A stretch of 64,000 nucleotides of DNA. Source: Squalus acanthias (taxonomy: Eukaryota). Numbering within the stretch: the stretch's first letter is position 1; every line of letters starts with the position of its first letter. The notes under the pieces are model-generated. The model searched no databases and had not been told where the DNA came from. It worked only from the letters and a program-made list of their open reading frames with translations. The stretch is taken from the NCBI GenBank assembly GCA_030390025.1, contig CM059432.1, positions 10,230,001 through 10,294,000 on the forward strand. The letters run 5' to 3'. Of this stretch, positions 11,848 through 23,473 are shown piece after piece. The translations under genes were made by a program, and so were the position numbers.

Positions 11848-12324
11848 AAAGAAAAGAAGAAAGACTTGCATTTATATAGCGCCTTTCATGACCACCGGAC
11901 GTCTCAAAGCACTTTACAGCCAATGAAGTACTATTTGAAGTGGTGTCACTGTTGTAATGTGGGAAACGCGGCAGCCAATTTGCACACAGCAAGCTCCCAC
12001 AAACAGCAATGTGATAATGACCAGATAATCTGTTTTTGTTATGTTGGTTGAGGGATAAATATTGACCAGGACCCGGGGATAACTCCGCTGCTCTTCTTCG
12101 AAATAGCGGCTGTGGGATCTTTTACATCCACCTGAGAGAGCAGACGGGGCCTCAGTTTAACGTCTCATCCGAAAAGACGGCACCTCTGACAGTGCAGCAC
12201 TCCCTCAGCACTGCACTGGAGTGTCAGCCTAGATTTAGGTGCTCAAGTTCCCTGGAGTGGGACTTGAACCCACAACCTCCTGACTCAGAGGCGAGTGTGC
12301 TGCCCACTGAGCCACAGCTGACAC
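11848..12324 (-). mobile_element. SacSINE1-type DeuSINE, full length
   Basis: Head GTCAGCTGTGGCTCAGTGGG (A box)..GGGTTCAAGTCC (B box), Deu-domain, tail GGCGCTATATAAATGCAAGTCTTT. Confidence 0.9.
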
Positions 12325-12725
12325 TTGAGCTGAATGGCATGTTTCCATGCTGTAAATTCTATGTAATCCACACTCCACATTTAATTCTTGTTCTGTTCTG
12401 AAATCTATTGGAGTCAAACGACTTGTGAGTTGCTTCAAAACCATAAAAGTATCGTTATAGCAGCTCTATTATAATTGACTGGTGCTTTATCATCATTGGT
12501 GCTCATGAATTTACATTTTTCAGATTGCTGCTGGGTCACACGGTACGCTTTAGGCGATTTTATGAGCAGGCCCATTTAAGGAACCAAAACCATATTTTAC
12601 TCCTGTTTCTTAAGAGCCGAGGATTGTCATTTATAATCTGCACGTCAGTCAAATGAGCTGTCATTGTGTGGTTGGAAACATGATTTGACTGGTTTCAATA
12701 TATTCCTTGATCTCTTCTTTTCTTT

Positions 12726-13735
12726 ACAACAACTTGCATTTATGTATTTTTTCATTCATTTGTGGGATGTGGGCGTCGCTGGCAAGGCCAGCATTTATTG
12801 CCCATCCCTAATTGCCCTTGAGAAGGTGGTGGTGAGCCGCCTTCTTGAACCGCTGCAGTCCGTGTGGTGAAGGTACTCCCACAGTGCTGTTTGGGAGGGA
12901 GTTCCAGGACTTTGTCCCAGCGACGATGAAGGAACAGCGATATATTTCCAAGTCAGGATGGTGTGTGACTTGGAGGGGATGGAGTTCCTATGTGCCTGTT
13001 GCCCTTGTCCTTCCAGGTGGTAGAGGTCGTGGGTTTGGGAGGTGCTGCTGAAGAAGATGACTCGTCTGTGGGACAGCTCTCCCAATTTTGGCACGTAGTC
13101 CCCAGATGTTGGTGAGGAGGAGTTTGCAGGTTCGAATGGGCTGGTTGTGCCTTTGCCGTGTCCGTAGCCGGTGCCGAGTGGTCCGTCCGGTTTATTCTTA
13201 CTGTTTTTCACAGCGGCTTTTTTACAACTGAGTGACTTGCTAGGCCATTTCAGAGGGCAGTTAAGAGTCGACCACATTGCTGTGGGTCTGGAGTCACATA
13301 TAGGCCAGACCGGGTAAGGATGGTAGATTTCCTTCCCTAAAGGGCATTAGTGAACCAGATGGGTTTTTACAACAATCCGATAGTTTCATGGACTGATACT
13401 AGCTTTTCATTCCAGATTTCTTTAATTAAATGAATTTAAATTCCCCCGCAGCCTGTGAGTGGGATTTGAACTCACGTCTACTGGATTAGCTAGGATCCAG
13501 TAACATAACCACAATGCTACCGCTCCTTTAATGGAGTGAAACGTTCCAAGGCACTTCAGAGGACCGTAATCAACCAAAATTTGACACTGAGCCACATAAG
13601 GAGATATTAGGACAGGTGACCAAAAGCCTGGTCAAAGAGACAGGTTTCAAGGAGCGTCTGAAAGGAGGAGAGAGAGAGGTGGAGAGGCGGAGAGGTCTCA
13701 ATATATATCCCTGGCAGCTATGAAGGCGGAGGTCT
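12726..13735 (-). mobile_element. L2 3' end interrupted by a tRNA-headed element
   Basis: ACAACAACTTGCATTTAT at 12726-12743 resumes as CCTTTAA..CAAAATTTGACACTGAGCC at about 13525. Confidence 0.7.
12746..13525 (-). mobile_element. tRNA-headed element with endonuclease-like ORF start and LINE-A tail, copy 2
   Basis: A box TAGCATTGTGG, B box GTTCAAATCC, shared body, then KLLLTNIWGL/VPKLGELSHRRV (about 13125-13059) fused to about 310 bp of LINE-A 3' end. Confidence 0.85.
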
Positions 13736-14282
13736 ACTCCATCACTCGCAGTGTTGGCACATTCTACATCGTTTGAATTGGCTGTTCTGTGTTTTTGATA
13801 TCTGGCTGACTTAATCTGCCTCATTGCTGCTTGTATGTTTCAAAAAGAAGTAACATTTTGATTTTCTCTCTTTTTCCTAATGAGCTCTTTCAATTTCTCC
13901 ACGGTATGACTGTCACATCGACTTAGCAAAGCCTTGTCCGTGTCTGTTCTCTGCGGTGATTCTTTAGCCATGTTCGTTTTGGTCTCATTGATTGATCGCC
14001 CTTGATGTTTTTTAGCAAAGTTGGGTTGTCAACCTACATGAATTTTATGTCTTTCACAAGTGATGACATGAAAAAGAAAATGAGACTAACTGACAGCTTA
14101 GCTTCATGTTATTGTCTTTATAACGGTAACCATTAGGAAAAAATGAGTGATCAGCTTTACAGTTTCCAGTTTTCAACTTCCGCAAGTGTTAAATTTAGAT
14201 TTGTGTAAAATCCAGAGAAAAAAAACCTCAACCAATAGATTACACGCAAAAAAATCCCACAAGAAACATCAAGGACTATAAT

Positions 14283-14910
14283 TAGGGTTGTATTCCCTAG
14301 AATGATCTGATCGAAGTTTTCAGGATATTAAGGGGAACAGATAGGGTAGAGGGTACTGCGAGCAGTTCTGGGCACCACACCTTAGGAAGGATATATTGGC
14401 CTTGGAGGGAGTGCAGCGTAGGTTTACCAGAATGATACCTGGACTCCAAGGGTTAAATTACGAGGAGAGATTACACAAACTAGGGTTGTATTCCCAGGAA
14501 TTTAAAATGTTAAGAGGTGATCTGATCAAAGTTTTCAGGATATTAAGGGGAACAGATAGGGTGGATAGAGAGAAACTATTTCCGCTGGTTGGGGATTCTA
14601 GGACTAGGGGGCATAGTCTAAAAATTAGAGCCAGACCTTTCAGGAGCGAAATTAGGAAACACTTCTACACACAAAGGGTGGTAGAAGTTTGGAACTCTCT
14701 TCCGCAAACGGCAATTGATGCGAGATCAGTTGTTAATTTTAAATCGGAGATTGATAGCTTTTTGTTAACCAAAGGTATTAAAGGATATGGGCCAAAGGCG
14801 GAGTTAAGTTGCCTAATATGGAGTTAGGTCGCAGATCAGCCATGATCTCACTGAATGATGGAACAGGCTCGCGGGGCCGAATGGCCGACTCCTGTTCCTA
14901 TGTTCTTATG
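14283..14910 (+). mobile_element. CR1/HER1 LINE 3' part
   Basis: ORF 14396-14827 ALEGVQRRFTRMIPG..TRGHSLKI..FYTQRVVEVWNSLP; tail CCTGTTCCTATGTTCTTATG. Confidence 0.9.
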
Positions 14911-15217
14911 GATTCAGCCCAGTTGGCTGATGGAGATACCAGTCCCTCAATCCCAGATCAAATGTCCGGAGGTTCGGAGGACATTTTTCTCACATCAAGA
15001 GCAGTTGAGGCTGAATCACTTAACTCCATCAAAAAGGAGCTGGAGAGAAACTTGTAGTTATATGGGATTTTGTAAGATTAAAAAGCTAGAAACACTGAAC
15101 AGTAGGATGCAGACTTGGTTCTGCAATGCCCTGTATAGTGAGTTCCCATTCTCAATTGTGTCATTATAGGGAACTGTTGAGTGGAGCACAGGTACTCAAA
15201 ATCAAAATCACGTCACC

Positions 15218-15513
15218 AATTAAAGGTGATTGTCAGAAGAACCAAAGGCGACATGAGGAAAAACTTTTTTACGCAGCGAGTGGTTAGGATCTGGAATGCA
15301 CTGCCTGAAAGGGTGGTGGAGGCAGATTCAATCGTGGCTTTCAAAAGGGAGTTGGATAAGTACCTGAAGAAAATAAATTTGAAGGGCTACGGGGAAAGGG
15401 CGGGGGAGTGGGACTAGCTGAAGTGCTCTTACAGAGAGCTGACACGGGCTCGACGGGCCGAATGGCCTCCTTCTGTACTGTAACCAATCTATGATTCTAT
15501 GATTTCTATGATT
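15218..15513 (+). mobile_element. CR1 LINE 3' end
   Basis: MRKNFFTQRVVRIWNALPERVVEA; (ATTCTATG)n tail. Confidence 0.9.
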
Positions 15514-15592
15514 CAGTCACCCTGGACTAAGCTTGTGCGCTTCTCAGTGTATGGGAATAGATCAGTATTGGTGGAGATCTGGCAGAAGATCA

Positions 15593-15711
15593 GCAACACA
15601 ACCACAACTTGCGTTTCTTTATCGCCTTTAAAGTAGTAAAACGTCCCAGGGCGCTTCACAGGAGCAAAACTTTATCAAGCAAAATTTGACACCAAGCCAC
15701 ATAAGGAGATA
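15593..15711 (-). mobile_element. L2 3' tail fragment
   Basis: Matches the L2 terminal 120 bp seen elsewhere in the window. Confidence 0.7.
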
Positions 15712-15712
15712 A

Positions 15713-16454
15713 TGGTGCAGAAATTCTGATCCCTACGGGTGGGTACGCGCTGTGTACTCACTCGTAGGGACATCGGAAATGCCGGTTTCAGGCATGCACA
15801 GCGCATGCGTTGGAAACTGGCATTTCCGATCTGTCAAGAATGGTCTTGACAGATCCTCCGGCTGCCCGGGAGCAGCGCCTCTGCGGGCGGATAGTTCCGC
15901 TTTTTGGAGACTCTCCACCCGCGGAAAACACTTACAATTCTTGCGCCTGGTAAAAGCGTAAGGCCTGCTTTTACCAGGATAAGAGTTGAAAAACGTTTTT
16001 TTTAAAATGTTCCACTGATTTATCATTTAAAAATACTTCAAAGAAAGGTAAGTTTATTTTTAGCCCCGTTAAAAACTTTAATTACTTTTTTCAAAAAATA
16101 ACATTTTTGTTTAAAATACTTAATTTATTGTAATTTAAAGTCATTTTAAAAATGTGATTTTTTAAAAAAATGTATTTAAAGTTTTACTATGTTTTGGGGG
16201 TGATCTCCATTCATATATTTGACAGGTCTTCCTATCAAATGTATGAAGGGAGATTCCCTTCTCTGATTGGCTCCCCATGGCCCACGTGATCCCAGGGACG
16301 CTGCGAACCGCCTGTGCCTCTGGGATACGTGGACCCTGCGCACTTGGAGTTTGGTGAGGCCCAGCAACGGAACTCTGCGCCTCCCGGGAGCCCTCCGGTC
16401 CAGGCGCAGATTTTTCCAGATCGCAGCCCTCCGCCCGCGGGACTTTCTGGGCCA
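15713..16454. mobile_element. Hairpin-rich MITE (Harbinger-like termini)
   Basis: Imperfect TIRs TGGTGCAGAAATTC / GACTTTCTGGGCCA, TAA and TTA flanks, four successive stem-loops in 15730-15984, AT-rich middle. Confidence 0.6.
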
Positions 16455-16794
16455 TTAGATATTTTAACCTGACAATGGAAAACAACAGCCATAAAGAAAA
16501 ACCTAATTCCAGGGGTAACGGCTCACTGTTAGATGTGTCCCACATGACAAGTTAGTTTTAGTGTTAATTTATTTTGATAGTTTTCTTTTTAACCTTGGCA
16601 CTTGCCAATACAAGAACACAGACAAAAACGACTGTTGCGGCTAGCCAGCAATAAAGCCACCATTCAGACTTCTGTGACGGGGGAATGGATGAAAGCAGGG
16701 TTCCTAAGCTTCATACTTTCGCTTTATCTGAACGGGTAAGCAAGACCCTTGACCCTTTCACAGTTGGAAGTCATTTGGAAACAAATTCTAAGTT

Positions 16795-17256
16795 AAAGAA
16801 AGACTTGCATTTATATAGCGCCTTTCACGACCACCGGACGTCCCAAAGCGCTTTACAGCCAACGAAGTACTTTTTTTGGAGTGTAGTCACTGTTGTAATG
16901 TAGGAAACGCGGCAGCCAACTTGCGCACAGCAAGCTCCCACAAACAGCAATGTGATAATGACCAGATAATCTGTTTTAGTGATGTTGATTGTGGGATAAA
17001 TATTGTCCAGGACACCAGGGATAACTCCCCTGCTCTTTGAACAGTGCCACGGGAACGTTTACATCCACCTGAGAGGTAGACGGGACCTCGGTTTAACGTC
17101 TCATCTGAAAGACGGCACCTCCGACAGTGCAGCGCTCCCTCAGACACTGCACTGGAGTGTCAGCCTAGATTTTTGTGCTCAAGTCTCTGGAACAGGACTT
17201 GAATCCACGACCTTCTGACTCAGAGGTGAGAGTACTACCCACTGAGCCACGGCTGA
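16795..17256 (-). mobile_element. SacSINE1-type DeuSINE, full length
   Basis: tRNA head, Deu-domain, L2-like tail. Confidence 0.9.
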
Positions 17257-17518
17257 AAACAAACTAGCGGCATAACATTGTGTGCTTTGCCACCAAAAAT
17301 AGTCTAAATTGCGTCGTTACAAAATCATTCTCACAACATCTCCAATGGTGGAAGATACCCGTTATGCACAGAGCACCTTTTCTAAAATATTCTCTTATTT
17401 ACCTCTGTTGATATAAAAATCTCGTTTGTGCAAGGTAAGGAGGTGAAAATCACAAGTGTAGAGACACAATGAAATGAAAATCCGGCCCATTTGACCATGA
17501 CTATCTTGCTGTTTGCTT

Positions 17519-17975
17519 TGTCAGCCAGTGGCTCAGTTGGTACCACTCTCGCTTCTGAGTCATGAAGGTTGTGGGTTCAAGTCCCACTCCAGAAACTTTG
17601 AGCACAAAAATCTAGGCTGACACTCCCAGTGCAGTGCTGAGGGAGTGCTGCACTGTCAGAGGTGCTGTCTTCCGTCTGCTCTCTCAGGGTGTAAGATCCC
17701 CAGGCACTATTTTGAAGAAGAGCAGGGGGAGTTCTCCCCGGTGTTCTTGGCCAATATTTATCCCTCAATCAACATCACTAAAACAGATTATCTGGTCATT
17801 ATCACATTGCTGTTTGTGGGAACCTCGCTGTGTGCAAAAAGGCTGCCGCATTTCCTACATTACAACAGTGACTACACTTCAAAACAGTACTTCATTGGCT
17901 GTAAAGCGCTTTGGGACGTCCGGTGGTCGTGAAAGGCGCTACAGAAATGCAAGTCTTTCTTTTTTTCTTTTTTTT
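17519..17975 (+). mobile_element. SacSINE1-type DeuSINE, full length with small internal deletion
   Basis: GTCAGCCAGTGGCTCAGTTGG..GGGTTCAAGTCC, Deu-domain, tail. Confidence 0.9.
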
Positions 17976-18192
17976 CCTTGGATGGAGTCTGTCAGCGACT
18001 GTCATCTGCACTTTCCCGTCTCCTGATAGAGCGGTGTACTGCAGAATCTTGCAGACCAACACCAGCTCTCATTGGTTATCTTTTGACAGAATGATAAAAG
18101 AGTTCTTTACACCGAAATGCTTCTTAATACAACTCTGCAGTCAAAGGGTTTTACGGTGCTACCTTCAGCCACAGTGACCTCCACGAGTTTAT

Positions 18193-18378
18193 GGGCTTCA
18201 TTTTCTCACTCCTGGCTGCCCGCCTGGCCACTGAGAACGCGCATCAGAAATTGTGCGCTGCGCATAATTATGCAAGCACTTAAAATAATAACACGCTAAA
18301 TTGCGCTCCTGAACTTCCAGTACCCATTTCGGGCGAGCAAGGCTTCTCGCCACAGGCAGGAAGTCAGAAAATTACCCC
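18193..18378. mobile_element. Short MITE (Harbinger-like termini)
   Basis: Imperfect TIRs GGGCTTCATTTTCTCACTCCTG / CAGGAAGTCAGAAAATTACCCC. Confidence 0.55.
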
Positions 18379-18487
18379 TTAAATATTGGTGCTTTACTAG
18401 CAACTTGTTGGACTGAGAAATAACCTTGTTCTTTTAGAATGTTTTTTTCCATTACAAAGAGCAGCCTTCCTTTGCAATATTGTAATA

Positions 18488-19135
18488 ATTACATAGAATG
18501 TACAACACAGAAACAGGCCATTCGGCCCAACTGGTCCATGCCGGTGTTTATGCTCCACACGAGCCTCCTCCCACCGCTCTTCATCTCACCCTATCAGCAT
18601 AACCCTCTATTCTTCTCGCCCTCTAGCTTCCCCTTAAATGTCTCTACGCTATTCGCCTCAACCACTCCCTGTGGTGGCGCGTTCCACATTCTCACCACTC
18701 TCCGGGTAAAGATGTTCCTCCTGAATTCCTTATTGGATTTATTAGTGACTGTCTTATATTTATGGCCCCTTAGTTTTGGATTCCCGCCCAAGTGGAAACA
18801 TCTTCTCTACGTCTACCCTATCAGATCCTTTCATTATTTTAAAGACCTCTATCAGTTCACCGGTCAGCCTTCTCTTTTCCAGGGAAAAGAGCCACAGCCT
18901 GTTCGATCTTTCCTGATAGTTAGAACCTCTCAGTTCTGGTATCATCCTTGTAAATCTTTTTTGTATCTTCTCCAGTGCCTCTATATCCTTTTCATAATAT
19001 GGAGTCCAGAGCTGTGCACTATACTCCAAGTGTGCTCTAACCAAGGTCCTATACAAGGTTAACATAAATTCTCCACTTTTCAGTTCTATTCCTCTAGAGC
19101 TGAACCCTAGAGCTGTGTTTGCATTTTCTTATGGC
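18488..19135 (-). mobile_element. CR1 LINE 3' part
   Basis: ORFs 18760-19065 and 18594-18791: LYRTLVRAHLEYSAQLWTP..LEKRRLTGELIEVFKI / RGHKYK..FTRRVVRMWNAPP. Confidence 0.9.
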
Positions 19136-19334
19136 TTGTGGAGTGAGCTCAGCTCTGATGCCTGCTTCTAATCCATATTTCCTTCATGTCCTTATCTAGC
19201 TTCCCCTTAAATTCATCTTGAAGAGGAAGCTAAATAATGCATCGTGAGGTTTAAACCTTTATCGGCTAAACCCTCTCTTGTAATCACCGCGGTGATTGGA
19301 ACAAGCTGCAAATCTGAGCACCTAACAACAAAAA

Positions 19335-20128
19335 CGTCTTCTGTTCCGAGATGGAACTGCAGCAGAAGATTAGCTTCCAAGGCCCACCTGGGCGAGGAAC
19401 CAGACTCCAGACCTACCAATCGGGCTGAACCAGACCGTTCACAACCTTGGTGTCGTACTTGACCCTGAGCTGAGCTTCCCACCACATATCCGCAGCATCA
19501 CCAAGACCACCTACTTCCACCTCAGGAACATCGCCCGACTCCGGCCCTGCCTCAGTTCATCTGCTGCTGGAACCCTCAGCCAAACCTTTGTTACCTCTAG
19601 GCTCGATTATTCCAATGCCCACCTGGCCGGCTTCCCATCTTCCACCTTCCGTAAACTTAAGCTCATCTAAAACTCTGCTGCCTGTGCTCCAAGTCCCGTT
19701 CACCCTTCTCACTGTGGTGCTCACTGATCTACGCTGGCTCCCAGTCCAGCAATTCCTCGATTTTAAAATTCTCATCCGTGTTTTCAAATCCCTCCCTATC
19801 TCTGTAGCCTCCTCCAACCCTACAACCTCCCCGAGATCTCTGCACTCCCAGATTTGCTTCACTCCACCATTGGCGGCCGTGCCTTCAGCTGCCAAGGCCC
19901 CAAACTCTGGAATTCCCTCCCTAAACCTCGCCGCCTCTCTACCTCTCTTTCCTCCTTTAAGAAGCTCCTTAAAACCTACCTCTTTGACCAAGCTTTTGGT
20001 CATCTGTCCTAATATCTCCTTATATGGCTCGGTGTCAAATTTTGTTTGATAACGTTCCTGTGAAGTGTCTTGGGACGTTCTTGCTACGTTAAAGGTGCTT
20101 TATAAATGCGAGTGGTTGTTGTTGTTGA
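19335..20128 (+). mobile_element. L2 LINE 3' part
   Basis: NLGVVLDPELSF..YFHLRNIARLRP..FVTSRLDYSNA..LRWLPVQQFLDFKIL; (TTG)n tail. Confidence 0.9.
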
Positions 20129-20771
20129 TGTAATTCACAGCAGCTAAGATGCTTTGAGATGTTTCTGATGGCGTCAGTTAAAACCTGGCTCTCCTTCAGC
20201 TAATTCCGACTAATATTAAAGGTCTAACAATGACACGGATGAGGCAAACAAAACATTTGCTCACACCTGGCCTGAGGGAAGGTTATTTGCCCAAGTACGG
20301 TAGGTACCAGGTCAGGAGGATGTATCGGTAACCAGACTCATCAATAATGAGCTGGAGCAGGCGCACAGGCCCATCAGCAAGCATTCAGTGAGGGGATTCT
20401 ACTTTGTCAGCCCCCGAAAGCAGTGATTTTCCGACTTTGCCCTCCCTGCGAGGGCGTATTGTTAACTCAGAGCATCCGGCACAGGATGTTACAGCTTCAC
20501 TAGCCTGGCAAATGGCAGAAAGTGGGGCAATTCATTTGAAAGCTACATGTAAAATGCTGAGTTTCGGAGCACTTTGGTGAAAGAAAGGATTCTCAAACCC
20601 TTATAAGTTAAAAGGCAGATTCCTAATCTTACACTTCAAAACTGGTTTTATCCGCTGTGATGGAGCTGTGTAATTAGTATTTGTGCACTGCTACAGTGAC
20701 AGCCACTTATACTCAAGCCACCTTTGTCTGTTACATCAATTATACAGAAGTATCAAAGTCTGGATTATATA

Positions 20772-20862
20772 ATAACAACAACTTGTATTTATAGAGCGCC
20801 TTTAAAGCAGTAAAACATCCTCAGGCGCTTCACAGGAGCGTTATCAAACAAAATTTGACACC
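20772..20862 (-). mobile_element. L2 3' tail fragment
   Basis: ACAACAACTTGTATTTATAGAGCGCC..CAAAATTTGACACCGA. Confidence 0.75.
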
Positions 20863-20935
20863 GATGATTTAATTGCTTTAAATAGCCAGATTGCCAATGG
20901 CTTAATTGGCGTAAGTAGCCAGATTTCCGATGATT

Positions 20936-21034
20936 CCTGAAATAAAAAAACAGAAAATGCTGGAAACACTCAGCAGCATCGGCGGAGAGAGAAACAGAGT
21001 TAACGTTTCAGGCCGATGACCTTTGGTCAGAACG
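20936..21034 (-). mobile_element. 99-bp Penelope-like terminal insertion with 10-bp TSD
   Basis: Homologous to 31497-31600; TCCGATGATT at 20926-20935 and 21035-21044; hammerhead core mutated to CTGACCA. Confidence 0.8.
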
Positions 21035-21534
21035 TCCGATGATTTACTTGCCTTAAGTAGCCAGAACAAGCGCGTTCGCATCTTCTCGCTCCCTGCCCGT
21101 GCACAATAACACCAGTAGGAGCCCATCATTCCCATAGCCTGCAACCCAAAGCACCGATCACTGTAACCTGTCACATTTTTAACTTACGTCCACATTTCCT
21201 CGGCTGCTCTCTTGCTCCAGGGGGAAGAGAAACTTATTTCAGTTCTGTTATTGGCGCCTGTGAGCAAGTGCGATCATTGCTTTCTTCACATGGCTGTTGA
21301 TAATGGAATTATCTCACCGTTGGAAACCCATAATCATTCCTTATTATGTAAGGAGCAAAACTAGGATTTGGTAACAATTTGCATTTATATAACATTGCTA
21401 GAAATTTGCTTACCTAATGATTCTTCCAATTAGGCGATTCTGACTGAGATACTAAATAGTTTTAATAGATGCGTCATTAAAAATAGCACTGTAATGTTAT
21501 CCCAAAATATGCTACCGAAGAGTCCCGAAAGTGT

Positions 21535-21990
21535 CAGTACCCTCGCCTCTGAGTCAGAAGGTTGTGGGTTGAAGTCCCACTCCAGAGGCTTGAGCACAAA
21601 AAGCTCGGCTGACACTCCAGCGCAGTACTGAGGGAATGCTGCACTGTCGGAGGTGCCGTCTTTCGGATGAGACGTTAAACCGAGGCCCCGTCTGCTCTCT
21701 CAGGTGGACGTAAAAGATCCCGCGGCCACTATTTCAAAGAAAAGCAGGGGAATTATCCCCGGTGTCCTGGCTAATATTTATCCCTCAACTAACATCACTA
21801 AAAAAAAATAGGCTATCTAGTTATTATCACATTGTTGCTTGTGGGAGCTTGCTGTGCGCAAATTGGCTGTCGCGTTTGCTACTTTACAACAGTGACTACA
21901 CTTCAAAAGCGCTTCATTGGCTGTCAAGCGCTTTGGGACGTCCTGAGGTCATGAAAGCCGCAATATAAATACAAGCTTGTTCCTTCTTTC
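21535..21990 (+). mobile_element. SacSINE1-type DeuSINE
   Basis: Partial head, Deu-domain, tail. Confidence 0.85.
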
Positions 21991-23224
21991 TTTCCTTTTT
22001 TTCTTTCTAGTAAGTAAAACCCAGCAGGACAAGGCAGTCTATTTTTAAGCCTTCATGGCAGAGCCCATCACCTCCTCAGTGTCCATCACTCAATACCACG
22101 GGATTATTTTTTTAATGTTCTGTTTCTCACAAAAATTAAAAAACACAACGGTCTTTGTTGTTCTATGTAAAAGCCAGGTGCGTCTGAGCATTGAAGTGTC
22201 CCAATTAGGCCAAGTCTGGCTATTCAGTAAATTAATCAGAACTGGCCTAATTCAGATCGTTCTGTTTTAATAATGTGATGCTCAATCCCCACAATATCAT
22301 GCCGTTGTTAAGCCTTAGTGTAAAAATTACGCATTTTTATATTATTCTCTTTTGTCTATTTATAAATTGGTAGCTTCACCATAATTTACGATTATCAATT
22401 ACTAAACTTTTCCACTGAAAGCCCAAACTAATGAATCTACACGCAGCTGTACAAAGCTTCCTCCCTCAGCAAAGGTCACCCACTGCTCTCCTTTGGATAT
22501 TCTCAACGGTCATTCCCAGTTAAACGCCGCAAAAAGCCGCAGAGCACGTCAATTGTGCCAGACGCCAGCTGAAGCCAGTGTCTCACACAGGGTTCCAAAC
22601 TCTGGCTGGAAATATCCCTGGAGGGTTCTGCACATGACCTCCCGCCTCCGACCGTCCGCAGGCGTCTGTGATTCCACGCTGCCGGGCCGCAACGACGGGA
22701 AGTGGGCGCCAAACAAGCTGCTGGTCTGCGGAAATTTGGGGCCGACCTTTGCCCAGCCCAGCCGCTGGCACTGACCGGGGATCTGGCGGGTGCCCGTTTG
22801 CCTCCTGACCCCAGCGGGTAAATCGCCTACATGCTTTTAACTACCAACCCCGGCCCCGTTGCCACCAGGCGGCTAGAGTTAACATCAACCCCTTAGAAGC
22901 AGAATCAAGTTTGGTTGGGCTGTTGATGGAATAAATGACCACAATCTCCTCACAACAAAAGGAATTCAGTCCGACGCATGAAAAGTACTTCCTACGCTAT
23001 TTATATTTCGCTGGCTGCAAGCAGTAAGCAACTCAATCGGTTCTAGGCTTAATGGTAAGCAATCTGATCATTGATTTACTTTTATGATCAGCTTCCCTGC
23101 CATCAGCGCATTCATAGCTTCACTTGTCATGAGATGTAGACGGGGGCAAATTCTTCTTTCAATTTGATGTTGATTGGTAATCATTCGCGAATTCATTAGT
23201 CTGACAAGTGGAGAGATCTTTTTA

Positions 23225-23430
23225 AGTCGTTAGAAAATCTGGAACGCATCGCCCGGAAGGGCGGTGGAAACAGATTCAATAGTAACTTTCAAAAGGGAAT
23301 TGGATATAGACTTGAAAAGGAGAAATTTGCAGGGCTATGGGGGAAAGAGCAAGGAGAGTGGGACTAATTGGAGATCTCTTTCAGAGAGCCGATGGGCCGA
23401 ATGGCCTCCTTCTGTGTTGCGTAATTCTAT
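23225..23430 (+). mobile_element. CR1 LINE 3' end, decayed
   Basis: ..TCTGGAACGCATCGCC..TTTCAAAAGGGAATTGGAT..GATGGGCCGAATGGCCTCCTTCTGTG. Confidence 0.75.
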
Positions 23431-23473
23431 ATATTTTTAATATCAATGCACGAGATCCTTGGAATCACTTCTA

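Noticed and set aside
13842..13972. Minus-strand 43-codon ORF MAKESPQ..HTVEKLKELIRKK with faint SAP-motif resemblance
   Set aside because: Too short, stops before the second helix, no supporting context.
18070..18150. Possible host exon after TTATCTTTTGACAG
   Set aside because: No convincing donor and no recognisable protein in any frame.
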